Of a DNA stretch of 64,000 nucleotides, positions 1 to 9,299 are shown in pieces; the first letter of the stretch is position 1; every line of letters starts with the position of its first letter. Source of the DNA: Candidatus Woesearchaeota archaeon. Lineage in GTDB: Archaea > Nanobdellota > Nanobdellia > Woesearchaeales > GW2011-AR9. Position numbers and translations under genes: made by a program. Under the pieces are notes generated by a model. The model was not told the origin of the DNA. It ran no database searches and saw only the letters and a list, made by a program, of their open reading frames with translations. The DNA lies in NCBI GenBank assembly GCA_018657845.1, contig JABHWJ010000033.1:12834-76833 (forward strand), in the 5' to 3' direction.

Positions 1-404
1 CAGGATTAGAAGCCAACTATGGCATGACAGAAGAAGAATATTTTAATAGTTTTGATGGTACAGTTTGTGGTGCTAGTAACGTAGATGGGTTGTGTAGCTC
101 TTCTCCAGATGATTCTTGTAATTTCCTTTGTACTCTTAATCTAGATAAACTGAGGTATGAAAGCATAGGCCTTAACTGTGAAGAAGGAAAAGGTTGCTAC
201 TTTGGTTGTGGAGGGGCATTAAACGCCTATAGGTCCACCCCTTGTAGTGTCATGGGTTGCGGAGGATTGTCTGATTTCAATACAGGTTATGGGGTAGTAG
301 CTAATGGTGTTGTCGCCCAACAGCCCCTGTTTCCAGACTTGGTTCCCGGTTTTAATGAGATTGGCCAAGAAGAACTCCAGAAACAATTTGATAAGTATTC
401 TTAA
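1..404 (+). CDS. Cys-rich hypothetical protein, probably the 3' part of a gene starting before the window
   Basis: Frame of ORF 24..404 is open back to the window start; many Cys/Gly residues. Confidence 0.55.
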   Translation, partial: GLEANYGMTEEEYFNSFDGTVCGASNVDGLCSSSPDDSCNFLCTLNLDKLRYESIGLNCEEGKGCYFGCGGALNAYRSTPCSVMGCGGLSDFNTGYGVVANGVVAQQPLFPDLVPGFNEIGQEELQKQFDKYS

Positions 405-1117
405 CGCAAATTCCGAGGATGATAAATAGAAACTTTTGTATCACCAGGAACAGAATCTATTGTTAAATAACTTCTTAGAAACTTACAAGCCAAAGTCACA
501 AAATACAAACCCAAACCACTGTCCCTATGTTCTTTGGTAGAAACTCCAAAATCCAAAAATTCTTTTAGCGATCGATCTTGTGGAAAACCAGGTCCATTGT
601 CACTAACTGTAAACTTAACAAATCTATCTGTCTCTTCTTCCATATTAGGAACATAGATTGGATCAGGAACATCTCCTTGGTGTTCAGTAACATCCACTCT
701 TACCTCTTCAGCTCCAGCCCTCCAAGAATTCTTAATCAAATTATGCAATGAAATATAAACAATTGGCAACCGAGTAATTAAGGGATCACTGATTTTTAAA
801 TTATAATGGATTGTCTTATTTTCTTTTCCGGGAATAATCCCTAATCTTCCCAAAATCCAACGAAAGTCATGATTTTTTTCTTTCTTAAAATAACAATTTT
901 CTGTGTATTGGGACATGGCATAAATTCCTCCCAATATATCTCTGATATGGCTAAATTTCTTTCCGATAGTATCTTGACTAAGAAATAAATCTTCATCTGC
1001 ACCTTCGTCCCTCATAAGCGCTTGACTTTTTAAATCATTAACATGAGATAATAACCCATGATTAATCAATCTACCAACACATAATCTCTCATCAAGTGTT
1101 AATAAATTCTTCATCAC
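401..1117 (-). CDS. Histidine kinase-like ATPase (HATPase_c) without sensor domain
   Basis: N box LHNLIKNS, G1 DNGPG, F box, G2 SGLGL; possible H box INHGL. Confidence 0.8.
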   Translation of the reverse strand: MMKNLLTLDERLCVGRLINHGLLSHVNDLKSQALMRDEGADEDLFLSQDTIGKKFSHIRDILGGIYAMSQYTENCYFKKEKNHDFRWILGRLGIIPGKENKTIHYNLKISDPLITRLPIVYISLHNLIKNSWRAGAEEVRVDVTEHQGDVPDPIYVPNMEEETDRFVKFTVSDNGPGFPQDRSLKEFLDFGVSTKEHRDSGLGLYFVTLACKFLRSYLTIDSVPGDTKVSIYHPRNLR

Positions 1118-1190
1118 TAAATAGTACTAATCAAAATATATAAACTTTTTCCTCAAAACTATTAAATATCTCTTATCTTCCCAAACCCTG

Positions 1191-2171
1191 ATGAAAAAAT
1201 ATCTTTTACTCTCACTACTAATCTTTCTTACCAGTTGTACCCCTAATTTAACCGGCAACACAGTCCTTTCTTTAGTTCAAGACCAAGGAGACATAGAACT
1301 CTACTTCTGCCCTCAAGATGATTGTGAACAAGAACTAACTGATTTCATAGACTCAGCACAAGAAAGTATTCATTGTGCTTTCTTTGAAGTAGACCTAGAT
1401 AAAGTCAGAAACAAACTTTTAGAAAAACAAAAATACTTAGATGTTAAAGTAATAACAGACCAAGATTACCTATACGAATTTGATCATGATTTTGTTAAAG
1501 TAGATTCTTGGGGTTTAATGCATAATAAATTTTGTATTATTGACAATAAAAAAATCTCCACTGGTTCAATGAATCCAACTAACAATGGTGCCCAGAAAAA
1601 CAACAACAATCTTCTTTTCATTAACTCAAATGCTCTTGCCACTAATTACGAAGCAGAATTCCAAGAGATGTGGGCAGGAACCTTCAAAAAAGGAGACCCA
1701 TCACCAAATCCTAATGTAAAACTAAACAATATCACTATTAAAAATTACTTCTGTCCTGAAGAAGCCTGCGCATATAGGGTAAAAGAAGAATTAAAAAAAG
1801 CCAAAGAATCTATTCATTTCATGACTTTCTCATTCACCAACAATGGAATTGCTAATATTCTCTTACTCAAACATCAAGAAGGAATTAAGATCCAGGGCGT
1901 TATGGAAGCCCGACAAGTAACTAAATATTCTAAGTACCAAGTTCTTAAGTATCAAGGAATCGATGTTGTTAAAGATGGTAATAAACAGAATATGCATCAT
2001 AAGGTTTTCATAATAGACAAAGAAACAGTCATCACTGGATCATTTAATCCTACTGGCGGCGGCGATACTAGAAACGATGAGAATATTTTAATTATTTCTG
2101 ATAAGAATATTGCTGAAGAGTTTATGGCTGAGTATAAGAAAGTTAAAGCAGAGTCAAAAGTTAACCAATAA
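1191..2171 (+). CDS. Phospholipase D-family protein (two HKD motifs), predicted lipoprotein/exported
   Basis: HNKFCIID..TGSMN and HHKVFIID..TGSFN; N-terminal hydrophobic segment ending LTSC. Confidence 0.9.
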   Translation: MKKYLLLSLLIFLTSCTPNLTGNTVLSLVQDQGDIELYFCPQDDCEQELTDFIDSAQESIHCAFFEVDLDKVRNKLLEKQKYLDVKVITDQDYLYEFDHDFVKVDSWGLMHNKFCIIDNKKISTGSMNPTNNGAQKNNNNLLFINSNALATNYEAEFQEMWAGTFKKGDPSPNPNVKLNNITIKNYFCPEEACAYRVKEELKKAKESIHFMTFSFTNNGIANILLLKHQEGIKIQGVMEARQVTKYSKYQVLKYQGIDVVKDGNKQNMHHKVFIIDKETVITGSFNPTGGGDTRNDENILIISDKNIAEEFMAEYKKVKAESKVNQ

Positions 2172-2195
2172 CCAACCCATTACAAAAATTAACTA

Positions 2196-3164
2196 TTAGG
2201 TTCCATAATCCATTAAACGTTGATGTAATGCTGGGTCCCTGATTGCCTTAAGAGGACCTGTCTTCAACGGCAATTTATTGCCTCTAACAAAAGTATTCTC
2301 ATCAAGATCAACTTCTCCAATTTCTACACCATCATCTAAATAAGCTAACTGTACTTTACTACCAGCAACACCAAGTAAAGTTAACGATGCAATCTCTACG
2401 GGTGTTTGGTAGGGGGCTCGATTAGGTGGATGAACCGTCTCAATCAATAGTTTGCCATTAAAACGTAAATTGCCATCTGGAAAATTTGTTAAGAATGTTG
2501 CGAAAGGATCAACACTATCTGTAACTTTTTCTACAAAAGGAACTGCTTGATATCTAGCCCCAGATTCTTCAGAGAATTCATCAATTTTCTCTCCAATTAA
2601 GGTTGGTTTATCTGGGTCAAATCGGTGGATTGCATTAAACCAACCAGAACCATGACCAAAACCTCTTTTATATTCGACTAAAGCATAAATCTCTCCTTTT
2701 GCTCCATAAAAAATATTCCTAATCCCTTCAAATACGGGGGGTGCTTTTTCTCTATCCCGATGTTCTAATAAGTTTTCACTTTTATCAAAATTAAACAGAT
2801 CATGAGGAGGCCCATCATTTAAAACCAACTTCTGCATCACTTTATATCCTTTAGTTCCAAAAAGAAACAATTCTCCTCGAACATTAAATATTTTTGCCAT
2901 GTGGGGGATTTGAGACGTTCTGCCAGAGAAAACAGAATGAATTATATGGGGGTCAGTAAAGTAGATATCATTGTTGCCTACTGTAAGGTCACCACCGCTG
3001 CCACAACCAAGTTCTTTTACTTGTTCAGTTTCCATGTCAAAATATTGTATTTCTCTTGAACCAACAAGTAATCCTTTTACAGAAACTTTAACTAGCTGTT
3101 CAAGCGGTAATTTCACATCAATTGGTATTTCTGGACTATCAGTTGTATCTGTCATTCTATTCAA
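2196..3164 (-). CDS. Hypothetical protein, beta-rich (possible propeller)
   Basis: 322-aa ORF; short beta-strand patterns such as DLTVGNNDIYFTD. Confidence 0.55.
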   Translation of the reverse strand: MNRMTDTTDSPEIPIDVKLPLEQLVKVSVKGLLVGSREIQYFDMETEQVKELGCGSGGDLTVGNNDIYFTDPHIIHSVFSGRTSQIPHMAKIFNVRGELFLFGTKGYKVMQKLVLNDGPPHDLFNFDKSENLLEHRDREKAPPVFEGIRNIFYGAKGEIYALVEYKRGFGHGSGWFNAIHRFDPDKPTLIGEKIDEFSEESGARYQAVPFVEKVTDSVDPFATFLTNFPDGNLRFNGKLLIETVHPPNRAPYQTPVEIASLTLLGVAGSKVQLAYLDDGVEIGEVDLDENTFVRGNKLPLKTGPLKAIRDPALHQRLMDYGT

Positions 3165-3278
3165 TAATCAGAACAATTATTTAATCTTTGCGGAATAACT
3201 CATTCCAGAAGCTGGTTTCTCTTTTCAAGATTCCTAGCAAATGGTAAAAAAGTAACTGGGGCTAAGAGTTTTAATTCT

Positions 3279-3461
3279 AACAAATGCTTCATCATAGATC
3301 AAGAAACCATAATAACTGGTTCCATGAACCCCACTGGCGGTGGAGACACCCGTAACGATGAAAACATCCTAATCATCAAAGATAAAGATCTCGCTGAGAA
3401 GTTTATGGAAGAGTTTGAGAAAGTTTATGCGGAAGCAAAAGAATTTAACAAGATGAAATAA
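3279..3461 (+). pseudogene. Relic 3' end of a phospholipase D gene paralogous to 1191..2171
   Basis: Translates NKCFIIDQETIITGSMNPTGGGDTRNDENILIIKDKDLAEKFMEEFEKVYAEAKEFNKMK*, collinear with the PLD C-terminus; no upstream start codon and the HKD His is missing. Confidence 0.9.
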
Positions 3462-3467
3462 TCACCT

Positions 3468-6400
3468 TCAACCAACAATAAAGAATTGTTTATATGTGTA
3501 ATTATAAGGAGAATAAGAGAACTCGTATTCTTTTAACAAAACTTTCCTTGGATAATTTCTTTCAGTAATGATGGCTTGGATACTACCACGATTAGAATGG
3601 ATTGTTCCTTCCATAGGTATTAACAAAGAATCGTATTTTAGTTTCTTTATCATCTTTTCAGAGTATTTAATAATCTGATCATACAAATGTACTGGAGAAA
3701 CTTCACTTAAAATAGTGGAATTAGGTTGGATGGACGCAATTAGATATTTTTTTCCTGCCTCTTCAATAGTTCTATAAATTACCCCTCCACAAGCCTTAAA
3801 ATTATTGTCCCAGATAATCAATTGCCAGAAATCTGTCATGTTCCACAATTTATTATCTGAAGCTACACAAACTCCAAAATTATACATTGCTACAGAATGA
3901 GGGCGCTTTTTACTTAACATAAAAAGATATTTAGCACCACCCTTACCAGAAGATTGGTGGGAATGTTCAAATTTATTCATCTGTTTATGCATCTGGTTGT
4001 AATCTTCTCCTGTTAATTCTGAGAAAATATCGCTGATTAATTTCTTACTGATAGTTCCAGCTCCCTGTTGCTTTAACCAAACCTCAACATCTTGCCATTT
4101 AGATACTTGCCAATCTATTTTCTCAGCATAGAATCCATTCTTTTCCAGAATTAATTTTATTCTTACTTCTTTATCTTTCTTTTCAGACATCCATAAACCA
4201 AACAAGGTTTTAGCTAAACCAGCATACTTTTTTGGTTTCTTTACTTTTTCAATCAGTTGAGAGAACTTAACTTTATTCTTTTGGTAAGCAGTATCAATTA
4301 AAGTGGTAATCAAATCATTTTTTAATCTGTCACCCATCCATTCTTTATATTTCATTAAAGTTGAATGTTCAGCGTTAAATTCTGGCAAACCAGTTCCCGT
4401 GTTTACAGAATATTGATAAATTAAAGTTAAGAATGCTTTTCTTCTTTTCTTCAAAGTTTTGTTAGTAAAACTGGAAAGTAAAGCTAAACCTAATTTTTCT
4501 GGAATTAATGCTTTTTGGGGTTTAGAATTTATTTCGCTCACTGCTTCAATTAACATTTTCCAGGATTCATCGTTTAATTCTTCACCCGATTTTAAGGCAT
4601 AGCCTCCTCGAGAAATTTTTACTTCTTCTGGAGATATTTTATTTAGAACTTTTGGAATATCTATTTGTCTATCAGTTCTATTGTCATAAATTAGTTCATA
4701 TCTTCTCCTAGGGACAGTTAATTCTGGAGAGAAAACAGAATACAACATCCCAATGAGAAGTTTTGAGTCATATTCTTTTGTTAGCACTCCATTAAAAATA
4801 TCTTTTTGGATAGTTTTTAATTCTTTAAACATCCTTTCTAGATGAAGATGTTTCTCAGGATGATCTGAGGCCATAATTATTTTATATTCTTTATACACTT
4901 CAATTAAATCAACAGTTGAATTTTTTAAGAAAGGAATTAAATATTCTTTTTCTTTGCTTAAAGGAGTAGCAATGATATTTTCTTTAATTCCATTAACTAA
5001 TATATGTTGAAGAAAATCATGAGCTTTAAATTTACGTTCACTTAGAATTTTAATCAAAATTTTAATATCATCTTCTGTTTGAATCACTTGAGAGATTTCC
5101 CCATAACTTTCGAAACATAAAAATGAAGCAATTTTTTGACTTTTTAATGTTGGAAAAATCAAAAGATCAAATAGATCAATACCAAAATGATTGAGTAAGG
5201 GTTCTAACTTTCTTAAAGAATCATAAGTTTTTTCTTCATTACCATTGCAATAATCTTTAATTTTTGGAAAATTTTCAATTAAATAGGACCAGGATGCAGG
5301 ATCTTTTTCCAGTAGATATCTTAATGTAGAAATACCAGAGAAGAAAATATCCGGTATGTTTTTTTCTGCAGCTTGAGTCATTTTACAAACACCATAAACT
5401 ACTTGCGCCCAAGAAAGGATTCCTTTTTCTATTAAATTTTTAAATGAAGGAAGACCATAAAGTAAAATGGTATGGATAGTATACATGTTTTTTTCTGCAG
5501 CTTGAGCAATTTTACAATATCCATCAACTATTTGCTCCCAAGAAAGGATTCTTTTTTCTAATAATTCTTTTAATGAATTACTTGAATGAAAACCATCCTT
5601 AAAGATAACTTCTGCACCTTCTCCAGCAGCTTGAGCAATTTTAGGCAAGTCGTTAACTACTTGCTCCCAAGAAAGAATTCTTTTTGAAAAGATTCCTCTT
5701 TCTAGTAAAGCTTTATTAGAAAAAATCCCTTTTTCTAGTAAATCTTTAACTGAAAGAAGACCGCGCTTGAACATAGCTTCTGCATTTTTCCCAGCAGCTT
5801 GAGCCATTTCATTCAAATCATTCGGGTGCTGGGCTAAAAACCGAACATATTCTGGATATTCTTTTAATGGGAATTCCCACTTTTGAGTATAGCCCGTTTT
5901 ATATTTTTCAGGCAGCGCTTTATACTTCTTTAAAATTGCCATCCCCTCTTCTACTAAATTCTCTCTATCTTCTTCAGGCAGTCTTTTAATTACTTTCTGT
6001 GCTTTCTTCAAACTCACTTCTAAAGCCCGAATCCATTTCTCAACATCTTGAACTTGTTCTTCAATCTGTTTGATTAATTGCAAGAAAGCAGCATGGATTT
6101 TTTCTGCTTTTTCAGGATTATCTTTTTTTATTTTTTCTTCTAATTTTGCTTCGATGGTTGCTTTATCCAATTCTTCTTCTAATAAACCATTGTAGAAACT
6201 AGCATATTTTACTAGGTGGGCATGTTCAATCTCTAACTCCTTAGCAATTTCACGAATAAAATGAATAATTTGTTTTAAATGAAAATCTTTTTTTAAATGC
6301 CCTTCCATTTGTTGATGTACTTTTTCTATTTCTTCTTGATAAGTTTCTTCGAATTCTTCTCTAAATCTTTCTTCAAAACGATCGGCTCTTCTTTCTGCTC

Positions 6401-6578
6401 GGCCGATATAATGAACAAGGTGTACTGCTTTACGAAGTTTTTTCCGGTCAGCGTCTTTTTCCTTTTCAATCTCTTCTAATTTATTATATAATTCTTTGAC
6501 ATACTTATATTCAGCAGCCGCCCAATCAATAGCAAGAATCAAATCTTTACTCAACTCTTTTTTTGTAAACATAATCAA
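3468..6578 (-). CDS. Large modular protein: N-terminal coiled coil, about 43-aa helical repeats, C-terminal globular domain
   Basis: 1036-aa ORF with repeats AQAA..LLEKGILSWEQ; C-terminal GVCVA..LW motif. Confidence 0.75.
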   Translation of the reverse strand: MIMFTKKELSKDLILAIDWAAAEYKYVKELYNKLEEIEKEKDADRKKLRKAVHLVHYIGRAERRADRFEERFREEFEETYQEEIEKVHQQMEGHLKKDFHLKQIIHFIREIAKELEIEHAHLVKYASFYNGLLEEELDKATIEAKLEEKIKKDNPEKAEKIHAAFLQLIKQIEEQVQDVEKWIRALEVSLKKAQKVIKRLPEEDRENLVEEGMAILKKYKALPEKYKTGYTQKWEFPLKEYPEYVRFLAQHPNDLNEMAQAAGKNAEAMFKRGLLSVKDLLEKGIFSNKALLERGIFSKRILSWEQVVNDLPKIAQAAGEGAEVIFKDGFHSSNSLKELLEKRILSWEQIVDGYCKIAQAAEKNMYTIHTILLYGLPSFKNLIEKGILSWAQVVYGVCKMTQAAEKNIPDIFFSGISTLRYLLEKDPASWSYLIENFPKIKDYCNGNEEKTYDSLRKLEPLLNHFGIDLFDLLIFPTLKSQKIASFLCFESYGEISQVIQTEDDIKILIKILSERKFKAHDFLQHILVNGIKENIIATPLSKEKEYLIPFLKNSTVDLIEVYKEYKIIMASDHPEKHLHLERMFKELKTIQKDIFNGVLTKEYDSKLLIGMLYSVFSPELTVPRRRYELIYDNRTDRQIDIPKVLNKISPEEVKISRGGYALKSGEELNDESWKMLIEAVSEINSKPQKALIPEKLGLALLSSFTNKTLKKRRKAFLTLIYQYSVNTGTGLPEFNAEHSTLMKYKEWMGDRLKNDLITTLIDTAYQKNKVKFSQLIEKVKKPKKYAGLAKTLFGLWMSEKKDKEVRIKLILEKNGFYAEKIDWQVSKWQDVEVWLKQQGAGTISKKLISDIFSELTGEDYNQMHKQMNKFEHSHQSSGKGGAKYLFMLSKKRPHSVAMYNFGVCVASDNKLWNMTDFWQLIIWDNNFKACGGVIYRTIEEAGKKYLIASIQPNSTILSEVSPVHLYDQIIKYSEKMIKKLKYDSLLIPMEGTIHSNRGSIQAIITERNYPRKVLLKEYEFSYSPYNYTYKQFFIVG
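5262..5805 (-). repeat. Four intragenic coding repeats (129-nt period; one 168-nt unit)
   Basis: GCAGCTTGAG recurs on + strand at 5368, 5497, 5626, 5794. Confidence 0.85.
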
Positions 6579-6617
6579 TAAAGAAACAATAAAGTATTAA
6601 ATACTTTTCTTTAATCT

Positions 6618-6689
6618 AAAACTGTCGACAAGGGTATGGAAGAATTTCAATTAGTTAGAAAAGAAGCAGAAAATAAAGTACTTTCATAA
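6618..6689 (+). pseudogene. Second, shorter relic of a PLD 3' end
   Basis: KTVDKGMEEFQLVRKEAENKVLS* aligns with FMEEFEKVYAEAKE (relic 1) and FMAEYKKVKAESK (intact gene); its end overlaps the stop of the convergent gene at 6684. Confidence 0.6.
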
Positions 6690-7049
6690 TTCATACCATT
6701 TATCTAATTCTTCCTGAAACTTTAAAGCAGGAATATTTGAAGATAAGTAACCAACTCTTTCCCCCTGATCATAAGCGATAACAAAAGGGACACAATAGAC
6801 ATCTTCTTTACGAAAGATACTAAATAATCCCTCATTTTTATTATCTAAATAAACAGCATCAATTTCAAATAAAGATAATATCTCCTTCAAATCTGGATCA
6901 TCAACAAGATTTCCAATAAATGAGGTACAACAATCAACATTATCTTGTAGAACAAAAGCTAAAGTTCTTCCTTCACGAACAGATCTTCTAAATTCCTTTT
7001 CAGAATTAACGATGGTACATAATTTTTCGGCACCTTTAATAACAGTCAT
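6684..7049 (-). CDS. Thioredoxin-fold protein lacking canonical CxxC
   Basis: VDCC at the active-site position; cis-Pro-type motif YCVPFVIAYDQG. Confidence 0.55.
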   Translation of the reverse strand: MTVIKGAEKLCTIVNSEKEFRRSVREGRTLAFVLQDNVDCCTSFIGNLVDDPDLKEILSLFEIDAVYLDNKNEGLFSIFRKEDVYCVPFVIAYDQGERVGYLSSNIPALKFQEELDKWYEL

Positions 7050-7492
7050 TTTAAACTAATCCCCCAATAGGCCCCATAAATATTTTCAAATTTATTTCTC
7101 TTAACCAAATCCAGCCCTTCTGTTGTAACCGGGTTACAAAGCAAATATTCAAATCCTTGTTTTTTAGAATTTCTTAATACTTCACTTAATACGGCACTAC
7201 CAATCCCTTTATTTCTTTTGTATACAGGTAATTCCATATTTAACAAATAAATAAGTTTATCTGGAGAAGACATTCTTCCCCCTTTCCAAAGAGTGTTAAT
7301 TACATTAATATTTTTCATCAAAGAAGTATTATTTTGAGAAGTTACAGAACCCAACAACACTTCCAAATTATCTTCCCCACAAGTTCTCCAAACAGTTCCA
7401 AACGCTAAATCAAATTGAAATTGGCTATATTTTGGCATAGTTTGTACTAAACAATCACCAAAATACCTAATCTCCATTCCCAAATCTTCCAT
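7046..7492 (-). CDS. GNAT family N-acetyltransferase
   Basis: Motif A YKRNKGIGSAVL; motif B-like KRNKFE. Confidence 0.7.
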   Translation of the reverse strand: MEDLGMEIRYFGDCLVQTMPKYSQFQFDLAFGTVWRTCGEDNLEVLLGSVTSQNNTSLMKNINVINTLWKGGRMSSPDKLIYLLNMELPVYKRNKGIGSAVLSEVLRNSKKQGFEYLLCNPVTTEGLDLVKRNKFENIYGAYWGISLK

Positions 7493-7550
7493 ATTCTTAT
7501 TTGAAATGGTCTGGTTTATATTATTTTTTATATTTTAAAGAAAAAACAAC

Positions 7551-7823
7551 TTATTTACGTAGCTCATCAATAAAACGACCGCAACAAGTTATATAATCAA
7601 CATACACAGAAAAATAAATAGATGGTTCTGAAAAATCTCTTTGTATGTGGGTCATGATAGCAGTATGTGGAGTTACCCCTGCCACCATTTCTAAAGTCAT
7701 ATCACAACCCAAATGCTGAGGATCTATTCTTTTTTCATCAATTAAATCAAACATAAAGATCAATTGTTCCCTATTGATATATTCTGGAATTCCATGTTTT
7801 TCCATTAACTTTTTCAAAATCAT
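7551..7823 (-). CDS. Hypothetical protein
   Basis: 90-aa ORF with upstream TTTATAAA. Confidence 0.5.
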   Translation of the reverse strand: MILKKLMEKHGIPEYINREQLIFMFDLIDEKRIDPQHLGCDMTLEMVAGVTPHTAIMTHIQRDFSEPSIYFSVYVDYITCCGRFIDELRK

Positions 7824-7858
7824 CCTTAAAATTCTAGAATTTATCGTTTTTATAAATA

Positions 7859-8791
7859 TTACCCTAAATTATCTAGGATATCATGGGCATTAGAAGAACT
7901 CAAGTACTTTCCAATTTCTTTATTTTCTGCCCTTAACAAAAACGAGGCCTTCAAAGAACTCTTCTCAGCATTACTAACTCTAGCGAACCTATCTGCTAAC
8001 ATCAGCCCATATGGATAACCTAAAAACACCGCATCCCTACTATTCTCCACTAAATAAGGCAAAACCTCCAAATTACCTTCAAACCTAAATACATGTTTTG
8101 CTAATGGGTGTAATTTAACAAAAGAAGTTTTATTATCAACAAAATAACTCCAACATCCAGGAGGACAAAGTTTATTCAATAAAATCATTGGATTATTCCC
8201 AGAAACCGTAAACAGCGAACAGCTTTTAGCTAAAGCACAAACTCCAGCACTTAACTTTCCTAAATATTTTTCTTCATTCCGATAACTTTTCTCTAAAGTT
8301 CCATCAAGAACAATAAAATTTGCCTCTATTGAAGAACCTAAACTCAATTCTGCAAATCTTCTAGCTATATTAGCTACTTTAGAAACAGAAGCCCTTTCTA
8401 CCCCTTTCTTAATTGTTATATCATTGGAAGATATTAACAAATCCTTCTCATCAATTGCCCGATCTCCATAAATTTTACTCTGATAAAATAATTCTCCTTC
8501 AATCCACTTTGCTCGAGTAAACAAATAGAATTCCTTTTTATAAGAATTTAATTTCTCTTGACCTTTAAATACCTGGGCAAAGATTCTAATGAAACTTAAA
8601 CAAAAGTTTCCGGTAGAAATAACCTCTGTCTGCCCTCCATCAACAAAAGCAACAGTTTTCTCCCCTTCTTTATCGTTAATTCCCTTAAAACCTTTATTCA
8701 ATTCAATAGTTCTCCCATTAAAGATAATCTTATCTTCAGAAGAAAAGCTATTCAGAACTTCCTTTATTTCCTTAGAGATTTGTTCAATCAT
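7859..8791 (-). CDS. nurA: NurA family 5'-3' nuclease
   Basis: AFVDGG, VLDGTL, ALAKS and GYPYGLMLADRFARV motifs. Confidence 0.8.
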   Translation of the reverse strand: MIEQISKEIKEVLNSFSSEDKIIFNGRTIELNKGFKGINDKEGEKTVAFVDGGQTEVISTGNFCLSFIRIFAQVFKGQEKLNSYKKEFYLFTRAKWIEGELFYQSKIYGDRAIDEKDLLISSNDITIKKGVERASVSKVANIARRFAELSLGSSIEANFIVLDGTLEKSYRNEEKYLGKLSAGVCALAKSCSLFTVSGNNPMILLNKLCPPGCWSYFVDNKTSFVKLHPLAKHVFRFEGNLEVLPYLVENSRDAVFLGYPYGLMLADRFARVSNAEKSSLKASFLLRAENKEIGKYLSSSNAHDILDNLG

Positions 8792-8852
8792 ATTATCTTT
8801 AAAGAACTAAATTCATTAAAAACATTTATGTGTTTAAAGATATAAAATCAGA

Positions 8853-9293
8853 TCATCTTTTTCTTTTGGCGTTTTTTTTAATAGTAGAATGATAAAGTCT
8901 TCTTGCTTCGTGTAATTGAACCACTCCATCTCCATTAATATCTGCATCTCTAAAGACTTTCTGATAACTTTTAGGATTAATTTTAAATTGATTCTTGCTC
9001 GATAAAAAATAATCTCCTTTTTTTGTTTTCCTTACTTTAATCTTCCCCGAATTTATTCCTTCGATCGTTCTCAAAATTCGCTTAACACTACTTTGGTTAT
9101 ACTGGTATGGTTTATATTTAGAAGGTCTTTCATTATTTTCTTGAACAGAATCATTTAAATTTTCTTCCCTAGGAAGTAAAGTATTATAATAATCACTAAT
9201 TGTCTTTTCTAGTCTTGAACACCCACCCATATTCGTAACCAAGATTACTGGAACCATATAAATTCCCACTTTATTAACCAATTTGTCTAACAT
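8853..9293 (-). CDS. Putative lipoprotein with EF-hand-like motif
   Basis: Hydrophobic N-terminus ending GGC; DINGDGVVQLHE loop. Confidence 0.6.
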   Translation of the reverse strand: MLDKLVNKVGIYMVPVILVTNMGGCSRLEKTISDYYNTLLPREENLNDSVQENNERPSKYKPYQYNQSSVKRILRTIEGINSGKIKVRKTKKGDYFLSSKNQFKINPKSYQKVFRDADINGDGVVQLHEARRLYHSTIKKNAKRKR

Positions 9294-9299
9294 TTGAAC

